Of a DNA stretch of 64,000 bases, positions 10,101-22,100 are shown one piece after another; the stretch's first letter is position 1, and the number at the start of each line of letters is the position of its first letter. The stretch comes from Euglena gracilis. Lineage: Eukaryota. The DNA is taken from positions 38,239,703 to 38,303,702 of the forward strand of contig CP154954.1 in assembly GCA_039621445.1 (NCBI GenBank), given 5' to 3'. The notes beneath the pieces were generated by a model. That model saw only the letters and a program-made list of their open reading frames with translations, made no database searches and was not told the DNA's origin. A program made the translations under genes and the position numbers.

Positions 10101-13100
10101 ATTCCCTGTTCACTAAAACAGAACTAAAAATGGCACAAATATGTAAAATGATTCAAATTATGAGTTTGCGGGTGCAAGGGGATGCCCAAAACACCGGTGC
10201 CTGGGACACAGTTTTTGAAACCGTCTATTGGGGGCTCTGGGTTCACGCCCAAACCGGTGTCTGTGGATGCACGGTGTTCTGGTACTTGTTTTTTCAAAAA
10301 ATTTTATTGCACAATGCATTTGTGGCAGCTCGTTTATAACGAGTCAAACAAAAACCCGGTTTCTTTTTCAAAATTTCAATTTTCAGTTTTTTCCCTTGCT
10401 GAGGCTCATTGCGGGAAATTGGCGATGGACTTTTTGGTGGTCGCTAGCAACTAGTCGCAAGCGACCAAGTCTACTGACCATTGGTGGTCGGGCCGACGGC
10501 GCCGAGCGAGGGTCCCCCAATGTGTATTATAAACCCTAGTTGGGCGCCTCTTTGGGTTCGCTGGGTCCCCTGCAGACACAAATTTAACAACGTTGAGGGG
10601 ATGGGATGGGACAGTTAGGGATGGAAACTTGACCCCAACCCTACTCCTTTAAATAACGTCATCAACTTTTCAAGTTCTGAATTGCAGCGGCCTTCGGGCG
10701 CTGCGCGGGCTTTGGCCTTCGGCCGATGCGCGGCCTTCGGCCAGGCGGCCTTTGGGGCGCAGACTGGGGGGGGGTAGTCGGTCGACTAATGGTCGTTAGC
10801 TAGTTGGCGAGACGGGGTGGGGGGGTATTGGGTAGTTGGCCGACTGGTTGGTCTGAATTGCAGCGGCCTTCGGCCGCTGCGGCGGCCCTCGGCCGCTGCG
10901 GCGGCCCTCGGCCGCTGCGCGGCCTTCTGCCAGGAGGCCTTCGTGGCGCATGGCAGTAGACTGAGGGGTGGGGTGAAAGTCGACCGACTAATGGTCGGTA
11001 GCTAGTCGGCGAGACGGGGTGCGGGGGTATTGGGTAGTCTGACTACCCACTCTAATGTACTAACGGGTCAGCACCGCCGACATTTAAGTCCCCCTGAAGA
11101 AAATCCCATGCAAACAAGTCGGTGGCTGGTCGGTGGTCATAAACATGGTCTGGAGGAGCCCACACCGCGGTTATCACCGCGGTTACACCGCGGTTACGTG
11201 GGCAAGGTGCCTTGCAAGGTGGTGGAGGCAGAGTTTCGGGGGCGTCGGCAAAATGGGAAATCCCCCCAAAGTAAGACCACCCGAAAAAAACGGTAACCCC
11301 CAAATAACCCCCCCCCCCGGTGTGTTCATTTTGGATGAGCTGGGGCCCCAGGGGGGGTAGGGTGGTGACATTGGTGAAAAGTGGTCGGATAGATAAGTAA
11401 AAAATCGTGAAATTCGGTGAAATTTCAAGTGCCAGAAATTTCAGTCACCACCCTAAGGGGGGGGGGGGGGTGTTATTTGGGTGTGTGTGGTATTTGACAC
11501 ATGGAAAACCAAAGGAAAACAGGGGGGTGTTATTTTGGCGCTCAAAATCAGCCCCAGAGGGGGGGTGTTATTTGGGGGATGCTATTGGGGGGGGTGTTAT
11601 TTGGGGGGTTTACTCCTTTGCTAAATGACCCACTTCTAAAAACGCCAAGTCAGTTCTCTTGAGGCCAGAAACGGGTCATTATGAGGTTATTTGAAGGAGT
11701 CGAGTTAGGGTTAAGGTTCTTGCAAACAGTTTAACCCTTCTCGCTGAACGTCGCGGGGGGGGGGGGGCGGGGGGGGGGACGTGGCAGTTTTGACGGGTCA
11801 CGTGTGACCTGTGTGACCTCACACACAACGTCAGATGTGACCTACTTTTAGAACTTTTGTGTCCAAAAATAGATCCAATTAGGAATTTATCACACATTTT
11901 GGCAATTTTGATTCCTAATTTGGGTGCTAATTCCTAATTAGGTGCCATTTTTTGGCTCCTACTGGGATGCGGAAACCCTCCATGTGGGGGTCGCGGGGGT
12001 TGCGAGGGGTACACCCCTCTTGTTCTTGTTCTCACCGCGGTTACACCGCAGTTACACCGCGGTTACACCGCGGTTATCTGGGCTCCTCCTCTGTGGCCTG
12101 GCGAGCCCAAATCACCCGGAAATGGTCTGGATGGGTCCAATTAAGTATCTTACACCAACATAAACACCCCCAGATGGAAATCTTTGGTCGGTGGGGGGTC
12201 GGTGGACCCTTGATGGGGGCCCGGAGGGGTAAAAAAGCAATGATGAAACAGGGACTACATGAAAATCCTTTAGAAATGCAAGCATTCTGCATCACGAGAG
12301 GCAGGAAACTCCTCCCTCCACCCCCGAACCTCAAATAACAAAATCCCTTCTGAGTTGGCAACATACTCGGGGGCTAAGTTGTTTTTGTGGCTCACTTTGG
12401 CATAGGCGGGGGGGGGGGGCTCCGCCCCCCCGCACCCCCCCTCAAATAACAAAATCCCCTCTATGTTGGCAACATACTCCGGGGCTAAATCCTTTTTGTG
12501 CAAAATTTTGCAAATATATTGAAAATCCGATGGGGAGAGGTGTTCTTTTGCCAAAAGAGGCCCAAAATGGGCATTTCCCCCCCAAGTTTTTGCATATTCA
12601 CCCCCGATTGGGGGGTTCTGGAGCCATTTAAGTGGGTTTTGACTGGTGTTGGGGTGATTTGGACAAAAGATTTTTTTTCAGGGGGGGGGGGGCTTAAATT
12701 TCCAGAAAGGTCGGGCCGACCTCCCTGGTCGGGCCGACCTCCACAGCGACCACCACCGGAAATCCGCTCGGGGCCACCTTAGCCTCCGAGGAGCCTCTGC
12801 GGAGGCCTCCGCGGAGGCTGGTTACCTTGGAGCCTCCGAGGAGGCTCCGCGGAGGCTCCTCGGAGGTAACCACTGTTGTACACAGGCCATATCTGAAAAT
12901 AAAAAATTAGAAAAATTTTTTACGGGGTTGACGCCAATCTCCCTCCACACCCCTTACCCCTGCCCCCACACCACTGCCCAGAGGAAGAGGATTTTTGTTT
13001 TGATTTTTTTATCCCCCATCTCCACAAAAAAAGCATTTACCCCCCATTTTTGCTGTATATCCCCCAAAATTTTTGCCTTTTCCGTATATTTACCCCCCCC

Positions 13101-16100
13101 TTTATTTGCCCCCCCCCTTTACTACAAAAAAAGTTCGGGCCAGGGATACGGTTTGAGTTTGGGTTGGGGATACGGTTAGGGTTAGGGATGCAGTTAGGGT
13201 TAGGGTTGGGGATACGGATAGGGTTCGGGTTAGGGTTAGGGTTAGGGATACGGTTAGGGTTAGGGCTAGGGTTAGAGTTAGGGTTAGGGATACGGTTAGG
13301 GTTAGGGTTAGGGTTAGGGCTGGGGATTGGGGTTCGGGTTAGGGATACGGCCAGTGTTACGGTTATTGTTAGGGTTAGGGATACGGTTAGGGTTAGGGTT
13401 CGGGCCAGGGATACGGTTTGAGTCTGGGTTGGGGATGCGATTAGGGTTAGGGATGCAGTTAGGGTTAGGGATACGGATAGGGTTCGGGTTAGGGTTAGGG
13501 TTAGGGTTAGGGATACGGTTAGGGCTGGGGATCAGGGTTAGGGTTAGGGATACGGTTAGGGTCAGGGTTAGAGTAAGGGTTGGGGATACGGTTAGGGTTA
13601 GGGTCAGGGCTAGGGTTAGAGTTCGGGTTAGGGGTAGAGTTAGGGTTAGGGCTAGGGTTAGAGTTAGGGTTAGGGATACAGTTAGGGCTGGGGATCAGGG
13701 TTAGGGTTAGGGATACGGTTAGGGTCAGGGTCAGGGTTTGAGTCAGGGTTAGGGATACGGTTAGGGTTAGGGTCAGGGCCAGGGTTAGATTCTGTGATAC
13801 GGTTAGGGCTGGGGATTAGGGTTAGGGTTAGGGATACAGTTAGGTTATTTTGGGCGGGGGGTGTAGGCCGACTAAGTTAGCACAAAGGGAGTTTGTTGGG
13901 GGGCGCGTTTTGGCCATCCTTGCCTTGCACACACAAAAAGATTTTGTTAGGATGCGCGTTTTGTCCACCCTTGCCTTGCACACACAAGGGGATATTGTTA
14001 TTTTGGGCGGGGGGGGGGGGGGGCCCGGGGGGGGGGGGGGGCGGCAGCCCCCCACGGAGGAGGCCGTAGGCCGACTATGTTAGCACAAAGGGAGTTTGTT
14101 GGGGGGCGCGTTTTGGCCATCCTTGCCTTGCACACACAAAAGGATTTTGTTAGGATGCGCGTTCTGTCCACCCTTGCCTTGCACACACAAGGGGATATTG
14201 TTATTTTGGGCGGGGGGGGGGGTCCGGGGGGGGGGCGGCAGCTTAGCCGTAGGCCGTACTTAGAACTTAGCCGTAGGCCGACTAAGTTCATTAGGGTCTC
14301 TTCCTTTAACATAGGACGTTTTGTTGCCAGTTTCAAGCTCATTCTAATGTTTTCCCATGCATTTTGAGTCAAATTTTACTGAATACTGCTTCAAGTTTCC
14401 GGGGGGGGGGGCTTAAAAATCAAAAAGGGGGGGGGGGTAATGCGGATGATTGGAGGTCAGGCCGACCAGGTCGGCCTGACCTCCAATGGTCGATAGGCCA
14501 TAGCCAACGGTCGGCCCGACCATGGTCGGTACGACCTCCGGGATCGTCGTAGCCAATCATCCGCACGGAGCCGGGCTTTAGGGAGGAGCCCACACCGCGG
14601 TTATCACCGCGGTTACACCGCGGTTACGTGGGCAAGGTGCCTTGCAAGGTGGTGGAGGCAGAGTTTCGGGGGCGTCGGCAAAATGGGAAATCCCTCCAAA
14701 GTAAGACCACCCGAAAAAACGGTAACCCCCCAAATAACCCCCCCCCCGGTGTGTTCATTTTGGATGAGCTGGGGCCCCAGGGGGGTAGGGTGGTGACATT
14801 GGTGAAAAGTGGTCGGAAAGATAAGTAAAAAATCGTGGAATTCGGTGAAATTTCAAGTGCCAGAAATTTCAGTCACCACCCTAAGGGGGGGGGGGTGTTA
14901 TTTGGGTGTGTGTGGTATTTGACACATGGAAAACCAAAGGAAAACAGGGGGGTGTTATTTTGGCGCTCGAAATCAGCCCCAGAGGGGGGGGGGTGTTATT
15001 TGGGGGCATACAATTGCTTACCGACCCCCGGGGGGGGGAGGGGGGGTCACTCCACTTTTTAAAAAAACCAGTCAGTCACTCATTTTCAAAAAACCAGCCA
15101 GTCACTACCCCCCCCCCCCGGGGGGGGGTCGGCCACTCAGAAAAACGGCCACTTTCCAGTCACTTTAGGCCATTTTAGGCCCAAAAAATTTTTCCGCCGC
15201 CTTTGGCGCCGGGGTCACTCAAGCCACTTTTGCCCACTCCTGGCCGACCCCCAGGAGGGGTCCGGTTTAGAACTTTTGTGTCTAAAAATAGATCCAATTA
15301 GGAATTTATCACACATTTTGGCAATTTTGATTCCTAATTTGGGTGCTAATTCCTAATTAGGTGCCATTTTTTGGCTCCTACTGGGATGCGGAAACCCTCC
15401 ATGTGGGGGTCGCGGGGGGTGGGAGGGGTACACCCCTCTTGTTCTTGTTCTCACCGCGGTTACACCGCGGTTACACCGCGGTTATCTGGGCTCCTCCTAG
15501 GACAGAACCGGCGTCCGGAAGCCCGTGGGGGGGGACGCCGGTGTTGTCCTGAGCCCGGTGTCTCAAACGCCGGCTTAATTGAGCATTTAGGTCCGGGGAA
15601 AAAAAAATTTTTTTCATGCGCCGAAGGTGCCGAAAATTTTTTTTGCCCTATTTCTATCTTGACCCCCCCTATTTGACTCCCCCTTATTTGAGCATTTGGG
15701 GGGTCCTTTGGCCCGTGGGTGTGCTCAAATAAAGGGGGGGGGTGGTACGCCATGTCCGCCAAACTGGTTGAAAACCATTCATCCATTTGCCACAAAAACG
15801 CCATGTCCGCCTGATTTTGCTTTTACCGTTTACCCGTTTGCTATTTACGCCATGTCCGCCAAACCTTTTCCACACAAAAGGATGTTGTTATTGGGGAGCG
15901 GGGGAGGGGGGGGGGGGGTCCGCAGGCCCCATCCCCCCGCCCCCCTCCCCCTGGGCACAGCCAAATGGACACCACTCTGGGTTTCACCTGACTTTTTTTG
16001 TGTAACATCACATCCATTTTGCTACCATCCCCCCCCCCCCACATGACTGTTGGTTCACCTGGTTGGTCAGTGCAATCCAGGATTAAAAGTTGAGGCAAAT

Positions 16101-19100
16101 CCCAGTGGTATGGCTCCGTGCGGAATCCTGGCCATGCTACTTCTGGAGGTCGGGCCGACCTAGGTCGGGCCGACCATTGGCCATGGCTTATCGACCTCCA
16201 CTGTACTGCAATACCCCCCCTTTTTGGAAATTTAAGCCCCTTATTTCAATTTGAAATGAACGTAAACCCATCCGAATGTCCTTAGAAACGTCAAAAAACG
16301 TCCCAAATTCAAAAAAAAAAATGTGAAAAATGGCTAAATCAGGTGAGATCCATGGCCAATGGCAAAAATTCCTTTGGTGTGCAATGCCCAAACCCTAACC
16401 CTGACCCTAACCCTGACCCTGGCCCTAACCCTAACCCAGCTCTTTCATCCCATATTGAAAAAAAATTGAAAAACGCGAACTTAGTCGGCCTACAGCCTCC
16501 TCCGGGGGGGCTCCCCCCCCCCCCCCCCGGATCCCCCCCGCCTAAAATAGCAAAATCCCCTTGTGTGTGCAAGGCAAGGATGGCCAAAACAAGTATCTTC
16601 TTTGAGGCCACGGTGACTGCACTCAGTGGCAGATCATCCGCTGCCCATTTGGACAGAGGGGAAAACAATCCACGGAGTAATTCACGGACTAATTCCCAGA
16701 CTAACAGACGTAAAAAAAATCACAGACTTTGGGAGGCAACATAGAGTTTAAACCAAACCGAAAATGAATTTACTTAGCCAAAATAAATTCAGAATGACAT
16801 AAATTATCCAGAGGCCAAAATTGTACCCGAGATTGTGATACCACTGCCCCCCGGCCCTGGGCGGAATATTGGCCATGCTAGTTCTGGAGGTCGGGCCGAC
16901 CTCTGGAGGTCGACAGAAATGGCCACTGTACCGCATTACCCCCCCTTTTTCTATACACAAATTGTGGCTGAGCCCAGATTTCAGCCTGAAAACGTGACCC
17001 GGGGGGGAAGGGTTTTGGGGGTGCATGCCCATAGCAGGCACCCCCCTCCGACCCTGGCGCCGGGGGCCCAGAAACGGACATTTTGAATGAAAATTTTCTG
17101 GGTCTCCCCCCCCCGGACCCCCCCGGAGGTGTGCCTGCTAGGGGCAGGCACCCTAGAGCACCCACCCCCACTCCCCTCCCCCGGTCGGTAAGCACAAGCA
17201 TGATGGCTTCAGAACCCCCTCAAACTTTGATGACTTGTCGGCCCAGGGAGTTATTTCCAAAATACATTTTCCCTTTCTGGCAGAGAGGTGCTCTTTTACA
17301 ATCCTTTTTTTGGTTTTGGGTCTGAGATCAATATGCAAACAAAATGGGGCGGAGTTTCAATTTATCCCTAAACCCTGACATATCCTCCTGAAGAGGACAG
17401 GCTGCTTGTTTGAAACCTTGGATCTTGCATTTTTTGTTCACTTATCTGCAGACAAGCACTGTGCTTCTTCTTACAAACAAAGAGCCAGTGGAATTGACTT
17501 CTGAGCTGCTGCAGAAGTGGAATGCAATCAAGGCCGCAAAGCTTTCTCCGGAAGAAGAGGTTTGTGAGTTATTGTTCTGAATTTCTCCTCTGTTCATTTC
17601 CACAATGGACAGGTGATGTTTCCTCACAGCTATCGGCCCTCCTCCACCTCCAACTGCATTCGGAAACACTCCAACCTCAATTGCCTGCATTGTATTGCAA
17701 ATGTGGTACCCAAAAACTGGCAAAAATGCCCATTTTTGGCCATTCTTGGGTTTTTTTGGGAGCAAAATCAGCCGAAAATGAATTTATCACCTCAATTCCA
17801 CCTTGGCGTGCAGCGCCGGAGGAATTTTTTTCCAGTTGAGGTCTAGCAAGTCCATTTTTCCCAGCGTCCAGCAGAATGGCCAGCCGGTGGGTCCTTAAGC
17901 AATAGGAGGAGGACATTGCTCAGGAGGTGTGCACAGGTTTTTGGGGCGAATTTGGCCATGATTCCTCCGGTTCAGATGTGAAGCCGGTGCCTGGGACGCC
18001 AGTTCTGGCATGAGCCCGAACCGGTGTCCCAGGCACCTGCTTCATGCCCGAACCGGCGTCTGGGACACAGTTCTCGATATAATATTTGGGTGGAAGTGGA
18101 AAATAACTGGGTCATTTATGTGTGTTTTTTTTCCAGCTGTCCTCTGGGTGGGGGGGGGCGAACCCGGTCTGAAAGACTTGTCAGTCACTCCCAGGCACTG
18201 GCCAGCCATGTTGCTAGACAGTGAAGGAAAGCCACCAGGGCTGCACAGGAAGGCCTGGTGGGGGGGGGGGATGATTGGACCCCCCCCCATCACCGTACAG
18301 CCCTGGGGAGGTCGGACTTCCCCCAACCACCACCCACAGGGTTGTGGGGATTCCCGTAGAGCCTTGGGGGGCCGAATGGAAAAAAATCCTCCAGTGTTGT
18401 GCGCCAAGGTGGGAATGTTTTTTGGGGGGGCTGACTTTATGTCAAGAACTGTTTTTGGGCCAAGAGTTTGGGGAAGCCCTGGCAGGAGTTTTTTTTAGTC
18501 GTGGGCCGGTGGGGTGAAATTTTCGGCGCCAAAGGCTCCGCAAATTTTTGAAAAAGGTGCTATTTTTGGCATTTTTCGCGATTTTTTTGGCCATTTTCGG
18601 GGAAACCAGAGACAGGGGTGGGTGGGGGGGGACCCCCCCCTGGTGTTAAACCCCTGAGCCCCAGGGGGGTCACTTTCCATTTTCAAAAAACCGATCAGAG
18701 TTTTCAAATACCAGTCACCCACTTCAAACAACTCAAAAAATCCCCCTCCACTTTGGGGGGGGGGTCCAGGCTTCTTTTTAAGTCAGCAGACCCCCCCCCC
18801 CCCCCGGGGGGGGGGGGGGGGGGTGGGGGGGCCCGGGCCGGCCCCCCCCCGGGGGGGGGGGGGGTCCCGCGCCGGAGGCGCTGGGTATACCTTTTCGGCG
18901 CGAAGCGCCGAAAATTTTTGAAAATTGCCTTTAGCGGGCCCGATTTTGGGGGGGGTCCCGCCCCCCCCCCCCCCCCCCCCGCGGGGGGGGGTCCCGCGCC
19001 ACCCTGGGTGGGTGGGGGGGGACCCCCCCCCTCCCCCCCCCCGGGGGTCTTAAAAAGAAGCCTGGGGGGGTCGGACCAGACATCTCTTTAAGGTTTTGCG

Positions 19101-22100
19101 ACCCCCCTCAGGGGGGGCGGCTGCAGCCAGCCCCGATTTGGGCCCAGCCCAGCCGCAGCAGCCCCCTCCCCCTGGGGGGGGGGTGCTGCTAGCCCTAGCT
19201 AGTCAGCCCCTTTTTGGGGGCCCAGCCCAAAATTTTTCGGCGCAAAGCGCCGAAATTTTTTGAAAAATTGTGTTCAAAAGTGGCCAAAAATGGGGTTTGG
19301 GGGGCATTTTTGGGGGGTTTCAGATGCATCATTTTTTCAAAACTGTGTTCTGCAGGTCATTTTTTTTGGCATTTTTCCGATTTCAATCCAGCTCACCCCC
19401 GGTTCGGGTCCAGCCGGGGTCCAGCCCCCCCCCCCCGGGGGGGGCGGGCTAGCCAGCCCAAATTTCTAGCCTTAGCCCAGCAACCCCCCCCCCGGAGTAT
19501 GTATGGGTCGGACCCCTCCCTCAGGTTTCCCACATCACCATTTTGACCCACCCACAATCACACCCACAAGGTTTTTTTTGGCTTCCAATAAACCTTGCTC
19601 GGTGGTGTGTGGTGCGTGCAAGGAAGGGGGGAGTTTTTTTTTGAGCATCCGGAGTGTGGTGTGCATTGGGATTAGAAGTTCAAATGACATTCCCTTTTTC
19701 ACAGAAGAAGGCTCGCAATGAAGCTCTCATTGAAGCATACAAAGAGCAAGAGTTGCATGGCGGACCGCACGTCAAGCACATGCAGGGCTATGGGGTATCA
19801 ATTCTCGTTTTGCAACTGCATTTCGGCAAATGCGATCAAAACTCTCAATCAAAGAGATCCCAGATTTGTGCCAGTATTTTGCCCACCACGCAATATTAAG
19901 CCCCTCCTGGCTGCATGTTTGAGCAGCATTTCAACCCCTTAGGGTTTGTATTTGAACAAAATTGTAATCCCTGGGGTTCGGAGTTTTCCCCTTTTTTCGC
20001 TACAACTCTGAATTTCATATGATTGCTCTGCACAACATTTCTCACCGCCACAGATCCCTGCTGATACTCCTCTCCTTGGGGAGAACGCGAAAGGTGATCA
20101 GTACACCCAGCCACCTGAAAGCGCCTCAATTCCCCTGGAGCAATTGGAATGGACTGGCGATACTGTCTTCGTATGATCCTTTCCCAGAGATTCATTGTTG
20201 CGTGGTTGTGTGGGAGAGGCTCTTCCAAAAAAACACGGCCAAAAATGCCCATTTTTGGCCATTTTTGGGATTTTTTTGGGAGCAAGTCAGTCAAAAATGA
20301 ATTAAAAACCTCATTTCCACCTGGGCGCGCAGCACTGGAGGAATTCCCCCCCCCAGTCGCCCTGGGGGGAGCAGACTTCTTTTTAAGGTGGTGCACCCCC
20401 GCCCAGGGGGTGCTATGGGCAGACAGGGGGGTAAACCCCCCCAAATAGTATTGCACCCGCAGCTCTATTGGACGGGTGGATTGGGGGGTGCAGCACTATT
20501 TGGACCCTCAGCACTATTGGACTGAGTGCCTCTTAGTCCCGGCCTATCACCACAGACACGCTTTTGTCTGCTCAATTTCCCCCTCTGAGGCTAGTGAGGT
20601 CGTGTAGTTCATCTTCGGACAACTTCTGTGAGTTGCTCGGGTGGGAATTTGCCCCCTTTCCCCTCTCTGCGGATTAAAAAAGGTGCCTGCAGTAGGCTGC
20701 ACCAGCTTCTACGCATTTCACATTGCTGTGATTTGGGGGGGTGCAGCACTATTGGACGCTCGCTTCATCCGGCTGGGGTTGCAGCACTATTTGGACCCAC
20801 AGCTCTATTGGCCCCGCAGCATTATTAGGGGGGGGGTTAGGACCACTTTCGACCGCGGGGGGGGTCGGGTTTTGGGGTGGGTGGTGTTTCAGCACCCCCC
20901 CCCCTCCCCGACGCCACAGGCGCCGGGGCCCGAAAGTGGCCATTTTCAAGGGAAATTTGCCTGGCACTGGGGTCCAAACCCCCCCCAAAGCACAAGGCAC
21001 CCCCGTCCCGCCCCCCTGATGCTAAAAAGAAGCCTGGGGTCCCCAGGGGGGTTTCTACCTCGAGCCCAGCGTTTGATATGAGGAGGTTGTTCGGCGTGCA
21101 GGTGGGGGGGGTGTCCCCCCAGGGGTCCGGCTTCCCCCAGCTGCTCTTATATCGAACCCTGCCCCCAAGGGGGTGGGTGGATGGGTCAGGGTCCCTCTTC
21201 CCCAGGTCCTAAATTTTTTCTCCCCAAGTTCTAAAAAGCTTCCTGGGGCTCTGGAATGAGAAAATTGAAGGAGTTGGCCGTTTGAGGTTTCCCCAAAAAC
21301 AAATCATCATGCATGAAAAATAATTCAGAACCTTTAAATGGAAATTTTCTTCTTTTTTAATCTTGTTCCCTCAGATTCCCGCAGAATACCGAACAGAAGT
21401 GGAGGATTGGGGCCGAGAATTGACAAAGTTGGCAAACCAGTTCTTGCTTCTTCCGTGGCGGTTTGGTGTGCTCTGCCAGCCTTGGTTCATCTTCTCAGTT
21501 CATTATTTTGTTTTGTTTCTTTGTTCAACCCTTCTTCTGATGTGCCGACACCCCGGGGGTCCGACCCCCCCACCTGCCCTTTTATTGAATGTGGGTTGGT
21601 CTGGCACAGGAACCGATGCAGGGTGAAATTTTGCTCTCCAACACTTTGCACAAGGATTGCACCAGAATTTTTTGTTGCTTTTTGGCAGAAGACTGCCAGA
21701 AACACACGTTCAACGTTTTGCTCCGGGATGCACCACATTCAGCCACTCTGAGAATTTTTTTTTTCAGCGGACCATCGGGTACCCCAGTGACTCTTTTCAT
21801 TTCTCCCAGTTGGTTGTCGACAGAGGCTTGCTAAGGCCGGAGGGCACCCCAGGGTCCAGCCAGCATTTTCATTCCAACCCAAATCAAGCAGGGTTGGATT
21901 TACCGGGCAAAGCTTTTGAGATGAAACCCCTCGACCCTTTTGTGTACACCCTTTTGGTAAATTTGTTTTTGTGGTTTTTTCTGCATTTTTCCTAGCGCCT
22001 TTTGGTTGTTTTTTTTTTGCTGGAGAATTCTTTGGCTTTGAAAAAATCCTCGTTTTGGCCTCAGTTCTCCCCCGAGGCTGAGGATGTTATGAACCCTCCC

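Noticed and set aside
13050-13704. ORFs with GLGLGL / VRVRVR repeats
   Set aside because: These are translations of the telomeric hexamer array.
20054-21465. Exons 7 and 8 both begin with IPA (mutually exclusive exons?)
   Set aside because: No similarity beyond three codons, and their end phases differ.
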